A stretch of 64,000 bases of DNA from Perkinsus chesapeaki ATCC PRA-425 (taxonomy: Eukaryota; Protista; Perkinsozoa), in assembly GCA_013115145.1 (NCBI GenBank), contig JAAPAO010000082.1, forward strand, positions 1-64,000. Direction: 5' to 3'. The notes beneath the pieces were generated by a model that was not told the DNA's origin, searched no databases, and was given only the letters and a program-made list of their open reading frames with translations. The position numbers and the translations under genes were made by a program. Below, piece by piece: positions 58,211 through 64,000 of this stretch (its first letter is position 1; each line of letters begins with the position of its first letter).

Positions 58211-60633
58211 TTATTTGGTATTTGTTTTCGGTTTCTTAGCGGCTCCTTTGCCTGCTTTCGGTTTGCCACCGTAAAGTCCCCAAATGTCCTCCTCGGTAAG
58301 ATCCTCCACCAGAACTGTATCTGAGGGCCCGAACGCTACAAATGCAACCAATACATCACAAGAGCTCCTACTAGGCGATAATGCCCTCTTGCCTTTCGGA
58401 CGATCGTCTCGAACTCGACGGATAAGTGGAGGCCATCTACACGGGAAGGTGTCACCGTACTGTCACCAAGATAGTGCTTACTTTGCTCGGCCATCCACCA
58501 ACGTGCACAACGCACTCTTGTAGGCCATCATCGGGGATGAATTGTAGCCGCCTAAATCCCACATCGAGTAGCCAAGTGACCTGGAAGCAGCCTCGAAAGC
58601 GAACAAAAGTGAAGTCTTACTTAAGCCAAGTACAGGTGGAAAAACCAAGTATAAATCCAGGCTGATACTTCTTATATTCATCCGAATAGTACCGAGTGGC
58701 GATATAAACCGATGTACCCACTGGATGCCCGAAGTCGCAGGCGAGAAGTGTTTTCTTAGACTCATCCAGTGAGTCATGTAACCATATTTCGAAAACAAAC
58801 ATGCGACCGGAGGCTATCCAGGAACGCCACAGGGCTTCTAGAGGAGCCGAAAGCCAGCACTCGTCGCCCTTCTTGCTCTTAAGGTCCCCTATACACACGT
58901 CTGGGTCTGTGCTCACCGACAGTGAAACTCTACGATGACCATCGGGCCCTGAAGGGAATCATATTTGCCTCTCCCTCGAAGACTCGTAGCCCACCTCTCT
59001 GCAGCTGCCTAAGTAACCTGCAAACATCCTTAAGTCGAGTCACACGACGCTTCGACAGTTCCGGGGGATGGTCCAGACAACACACCGCTCGAGCTCGCTC
59101 GCAGACCCCGCACAGGGCATCTCTACCAAAGGTAGAAGGATCCATACCTGAGCATTACAGCAATCAGCTGATGAAGGCCTTCACTTTCTCACTGGAAGCC
59201 GGGCCGGCTTGCTGTTGGGACTCCATTTGAGTTTGCCCCGCATACCCTATGCCAGCATATAGCAAAGCGCTAAGGACATTACTCATAGTCTCCACAGACT
59301 CCATACTTGACAAGAAGGGCATCATACCTCCTTTAGATATAGCAAAACCTCCACCAGTGGCCGCCTCTGCCCCATGAAGGAGGAGGGTATCCAGTTGAGG
59401 GTCCAAGGGGTTCACCATGAATGTTGGTGGCCATATCCTGTGTGGTTTATCGATACCACCACGGTTGCTAACCATCAACATGGAGCTCATCCAGTCCCCC
59501 AAAGTCCCTCCACTGGATGCCATTTCTGACACCACTAGCGGATCGTCTATCATTCTGTTATTAATCTGCCGAGCAAGTTGGTCTCTTGCTCCGCTCCGCC
59601 ATTTATTGCCATATGAATCGTCAATCGTTGGATCGGTGTAGTACAGGTCAGCATCATCCATAAGCTGCTGCAGCAGGCTGAGCAGCCTGTCCTGAGCCAC
59701 CTTGGTCAGGGACCGGAACCGTGCCCTCTCAAAAGCCACAACAGCTTCATGGAACCGACACCAGCTTTGGGATCTTCCAGTCAGCTGAGCTGATGTTAGC
59801 ATATCCCTCAGTGCACCTTGATATGAAATAATACCTAGTAACCCTTGTAAGTAGTAGTACCAACTAGCTGTCCCATGGCAGTGCCATCTTGGTACTCTAA
59901 CACCTTATCCAGGAGTTCACGGCACATAGGGACCACTTGCGCGCTGGCAAGTCGTGCTACCAAAGACTGCTCCGACTGAAAAAGGCTAATGCCAGCGGCA
60001 GCTCACTGCGAACGCTTGCCCTACTTGCCACATCTCATCATCCATGATTTCCATCACCCCCACCACACCTGCGGCCAGCTCTTCGTTCCATGTGCCGTAG
60101 CATTCCGGGTCAAAGCTACCATTGGCGGACTTCTGGCTCCTCCAGGCGAACATCCAAGCGTCTTGATACTCATCAAGTGCGCTGCCGAACCGTGATACGT
60201 GTGTCGTGGCCACGAACCCATACAGGTTTTGCTCTCCAGTGGCCTTGTCCACCACCTTCACAGTGTAATATCCAAAGCTTGGTGGTCTGATTCTTATACC
60301 GTATCCAGGTGAGGTGAGAAGGCTCACGCTTGTCCCGTTGGGGAGGACCATACTCGCCTCTGATGTGTCTGTGATGTGAGCATGTTCCAACTCCACAAAT
60401 GTCGCTCCAGCTAGGATGGTCCTGTCCTGCTGAGGATCATATGGACACAGAAGATCCTCTTTGATAGTGTCGGTTGGCTTGAGATTATATATCAATGAAG
60501 GTGCTACTGGGTGCACTTCATCCTGGATTTCGGTAAGGAGCGGTATGACATGCTTATTGCTGGACTCGTCTGCTAGTATACATTCAATAACTTCCTCATC
60601 GACATCTGGAAACTGATATTTATAACAACTCAT
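58211..60633 (-). CDS. Multi-domain protein with N-terminal CUE-like motif and C-terminal Aat/ATEL-like aminoacyl-tRNA-protein transferase domain
   Basis: QFPDVDEEVIECIL; GDECWLSAPLEALW, FEIWLHD..LLACDFGHPVGTSVYIAT, LGYSMWDLGG..MMAYKSAL match the eukaryotic L/F-transferase-like pattern. A single-gene model is inferred. Confidence 0.6.
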
Positions 60634-60741
60634 CAGAACTACTCAACATATACCCCACACTACTGGTAACTCGACAATTACTGATAAAGCATTCATGCAC
60701 TTACGATACTGTAATGATATAGAAACGTGCCAAAAATAGTG

Positions 60742-61917
60742 TCAAACAGGTGGGATGGATCCTCGTCTCCTTGGTTCGATAGCACTTGGAGGGACATCTA
60801 CTACCCTATACCCTTGTAACCATTCGCCAAAGTCCCCCGTGGATACTACTTTAGTCAACCGCGGCCGCTTACCACTGCTACCCTTGGTCGATCGGCAATA
60901 TGCCACTACTTGCAGTACCAATAAACATACCAACATGAAGGGAACTGGCTCGAATGATCTGTGATCAGCAGCACAGGAAAGGACGTAGAGGATTGGGGCA
61001 GCCAGAGCACTGCAGATGTATTTAGCAGTAGCCGATACACTTTTGAAGACGTAGGCAGTAATCCAACCATTAGCCACTATTACCGTAAAGGCCATCCACG
61101 ACTGAAAGTTCATACCGATTTCTTCTAGGCAATCACATACTTCCGAACCCAGACAAGATGCAGCCAAGTTGGCCGTGTCACACTGTGGCTTATCTCCTAG
61201 TATATTGGCGGGGCCATTGATGATGAGAAGGCCTATGAAGGTGAAGAGTAAACTGATAAGCTTGAGCCGACCAGCTGTGGCATAGAACCCTCTGGAGTCA
61301 CCTTTAATGAGATATTCAAGATAGACTGCACACGCTGACGACAGCAATGCCTTGGAGACACTCCACGGTATAGCACTGGCATCGACACCGTCACTAGGGA
61401 GCTCAGTTATGGTAAAGGCAATAGCACACACAACAACACCTATTAGGGATGCGCGGTTATCGAGACTGTGGCCTAAGATGTAGTATGACAATAAAGCTAC
61501 CAGCAGGAGCCTAGTCTGGCTTACCACTGACATGGTTGGGCTGTTACCGTGATCTATTGCCTGTAGTGTAGAGAGATCGCTTATGGTGTAAAGCACAGCT
61601 AGAGGTGTCATTAACTTGATATCGTTCCAACTAATAATGTCCCCTCTCTTATGGTGCCGTCTGTTCGTCAATACCTCTGCTGTATATGCCACTATTGTAC
61701 CAATAAGATGGTCCCCCATCATGAATGCTGCTATAGAGTAGGGATAGGCAGCTCTAGAGGCAACTAAATGCCCGTTACTAAAGGTATCAAGTATTGTGGT
61801 CTTGGAGCTATCAACAGCCCATGGTCCAATGACGCATACTATAAGGCAAGTTGCTAGGGTGAGATATGCTGTTATTGTTGATGGTATTGACATTACAAAA
61901 GAGAGGATGCTAACCAA
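60742..61917 (-). CDS. Nucleotide-sugar transporter (SLC35A-like)
   Basis: About 9-10 hydrophobic helices; PLAVLYTISD..VVSQTRLLLVALLSYYILG; SVSATAKYICSALA. Confidence 0.85.
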   Translation of the reverse strand: MVSILSFVMSIPSTITAYLTLATCLIVCVIGPWAVDSSKTTILDTFSNGHLVASRAAYPYSIAAFMMGDHLIGTIVAYTAEVLTNRRHHKRGDIISWNDIKLMTPLAVLYTISDLSTLQAIDHGNSPTMSVVSQTRLLLVALLSYYILGHSLDNRASLIGVVVCAIAFTITELPSDGVDASAIPWSVSKALLSSACAVYLEYLIKGDSRGFYATAGRLKLISLLFTFIGLLIINGPANILGDKPQCDTANLAASCLGSEVCDCLEEIGMNFQSWMAFTVIVANGWITAYVFKSVSATAKYICSALAAPILYVLSCAADHRSFEPVPFMLVCLLVLQVVAYCRSTKGSSGKRPRLTKVVSTGDFGEWLQGYRVVDVPPSAIEPRRRGSIPPV

Positions 61918-62149
61918 AACAATCGCTATGCAGTCCCGTGATGGAACCTGTCACATTTATTTCGCCATGCAAGACATTCAGCTTGGTCAGAACTGGCTGG
62001 TATGGCCCGGCGTAACTCGTAGATCTCGCTACGCCCAAATGATCGATAATCGCGCAGCTTGTTGTTGTCGTCGTTGTCGTTGATGTATTGGAAGTGCGCA
62101 ATATCTGTATTCAGTTGCCGGTGGTTGTTGTTGTTGACGTTTACTCCCT

Positions 62150-63136
62150 ATGCGTTGCCCAGTGACTAAGTCATCAACTCAGGCCCCTCGTTCTTGGACA
62201 CCTCGTGTGTCTAGAACTCCTACCACCACCAGGTCTAGGAAAACAACCACAACATCATCATCGACTGCAGCAGCATCAGCAGCACAGTCCAGCAAATTAA
62301 CGATATCTCAGCTTAAATCGATGGTGGAAGCTCACGAACATTCAGTTCCGACTATGCCAGCTTTGGAGCGGGTTCAACTAATACCAACTCAGATAGTTGA
62401 GAGAAGGCAGCCGTCTATGATGGTAGTGTCCGGTGATCCTGGGGCTGGTAGTAGCCTACCGAACTCGATGTTCTCCGCAGCTGCTAATCTAAGTAGCTGT
62501 GACAACTGCAAAAGGGCCGGTGTTGCTCTGTGGGAGGATGAGCTCACTGGTGAGGCGTTCTGTGATGAGTGCTGGTCCACGTGGGAGGCACAGGCTGCTG
62601 CTGAGGATGATGCTCAGCAAAGGCAGGATACCCCTGTAGAGGACTGGTTCATGATGAATACTACTGATGAGGATGGTGATTGTGATATGATGGATGATAG
62701 TGACGACGATGATATTGATCCTGCTGTCCTATATGGCAGTGGTTCGACCCCGAGGCAGCAGCAGCAGCAGACGGCTGGTCCCCCCCAGCAGCGTCGGCCT
62801 GCACCTAATTTTGCCCAGCGGAGTCTGGTGGCTTTAGAGCTTGGGAAGAATCCTAACGATCTCTATGAGATGTGCCTTGATAAGCAGCTGTTAGATGCAT
62901 ACAACAACGCTGCTGTTAATCATCGTATAATGCCTTCTATGGAGGACACAGTTGATGACGCTGAATCATCAACTTCGACAACAGCGTCAGCATCATCGGT
63001 CCCGAATGCCGCCAAGGGTGTTAAATTCAGCACAGGCGGAGCAGTACGATTCTTCGATACCGATGCTGAGCTGCAAGATCCCTGCAGGTCGCAGTTCCCT
63101 ATAGAGGTAGTAATCTCATCAAGGGCTCATTGGTAG
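62150..63136 (+). CDS. Hypothetical low-complexity protein with a small CxxC..CxxC zinc-binding motif; may continue after an intron
   Basis: 328-aa ORF containing CDNCKRAGVALWEDELTGEAFCDECW. Confidence 0.6.
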   Translation: MRCPVTKSSTQAPRSWTPRVSRTPTTTRSRKTTTTSSSTAAASAAQSSKLTISQLKSMVEAHEHSVPTMPALERVQLIPTQIVERRQPSMMVVSGDPGAGSSLPNSMFSAAANLSSCDNCKRAGVALWEDELTGEAFCDECWSTWEAQAAAEDDAQQRQDTPVEDWFMMNTTDEDGDCDMMDDSDDDDIDPAVLYGSGSTPRQQQQQTAGPPQQRRPAPNFAQRSLVALELGKNPNDLYEMCLDKQLLDAYNNAAVNHRIMPSMEDTVDDAESSTSTTASASSVPNAAKGVKFSTGGAVRFFDTDAELQDPCRSQFPIEVVISSRAHW

Positions 63137-64000
63137 TTAAAGGATAATGTTGGTAGGTTAAGAAGTTTGACGGTCAGTCGTGTCATCATGCTAATTATAT
63201 TGGCACTAGTAGAGCGGCGGCAGCTCAGCAGCAGCAGGCTCAGGAGCTTCATACCAGCACTCTCACTGATTACAGCTCGGAGGAGCTTAAACGTAATAGT
63301 ATTACGGGGTAGAATGGTGGATGGCAGACGGGTTGCTATCATTCAGGTGTCGCTGATCAAATGTCGAAGCCTCGTGGAGTTTGGCCCAAGCAGCAGTTCT
63401 AGGCGTTGTTGTTGTTTTCGTTGTGCTGCATTCGTTGTATAATGTTGCCCTCCTTATAGATAATATTGACATAAAGCCCATAAAAAAGCATAAGTCAAAT
63501 TATAGTTTGTTCAGCTAAATTGGCGACGTTGATTCTATAATAGCATTAATAATCTTCAAAGCCTTATTTAGCTACTGCCTCCTAAAACAAGGTAGCTAAT
63601 TAATAAGTACATCAACAGTTCTGCATTAATATAGTTATCAGTTATCACTGTGGTGATTTACTGGTAATAAGATACTGTCGTCGATTTTTAGCGAGCCGAC
63701 CATTCAGTTCGGCGCCCCGTAAACTACAATGTGACTTTTATCATAATACTCATTATTATTAATTATTCTATTTACTACAGTCCCTATCTCCTATCTTCTT
63801 GCTACTCCTCCTCCTCGTGCTGTTGCTGCTGTCGTGGACTCAAACAATTGCAACCCTAAGCTTTGGATAGCCCCGTCAGTCAACGGTGTAATGTGGATAA
63901 TCCCTCGTGGATCGTCCCAGTTGCTGCATTTTGGCTCTCTTTGTTGTTGTACTATTGCTTGCTATTCGATTGCTGCTAATATTGTTAGTCCTATGGGTTA

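Overview
Gene-dense, intron-rich eukaryotic DNA with mostly short (about 45-60 nt) GT-AG introns. It is most consistent with a perkinsid alveolate (Perkinsus-like); that assignment is inferred from intron style and gene content. About 25 protein genes are recognisable: RNF32-like, SCO1, long-chain prenyl diphosphate synthase, an HPR/RAP protein, a secreted methyltransferase-like protein, adenylate kinase, a RING-H2 ligase, PES1, HSCB, Mei2-like, DCP1, type I asparaginase, SLX9-like, FAHD1-like, an Aat/ATEL-like fusion and a nucleotide-sugar transporter, among others. There are two intact tRNA genes: Val-AAC inside an intron and an intergenic Leu-TAA. Three unusual patterns stand out. (1) About nine decayed tRNA-shaped elements of several apparent isotypes sit in introns or between genes; several keep the B-box, roughly 72-nt tRNA spacing and a T-run while their stems have decayed. 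(2) A 7-kb gene encodes a signal-peptide protein built from at least 10 copies of an unrecognised Cys-containing 'F..e.A..FA..WGG' domain. (3) An in-frame chimeric gene at 35.3-37.1 kb joins the 5' exons of that gene to the glycoside-hydrolase-like domain of the gene at 52.4-54.1 kb, so relatives of both halves lie in this window; patchy identity suggests gene conversion. Exon structures were assembled by eye, and several gene starts are approximate.
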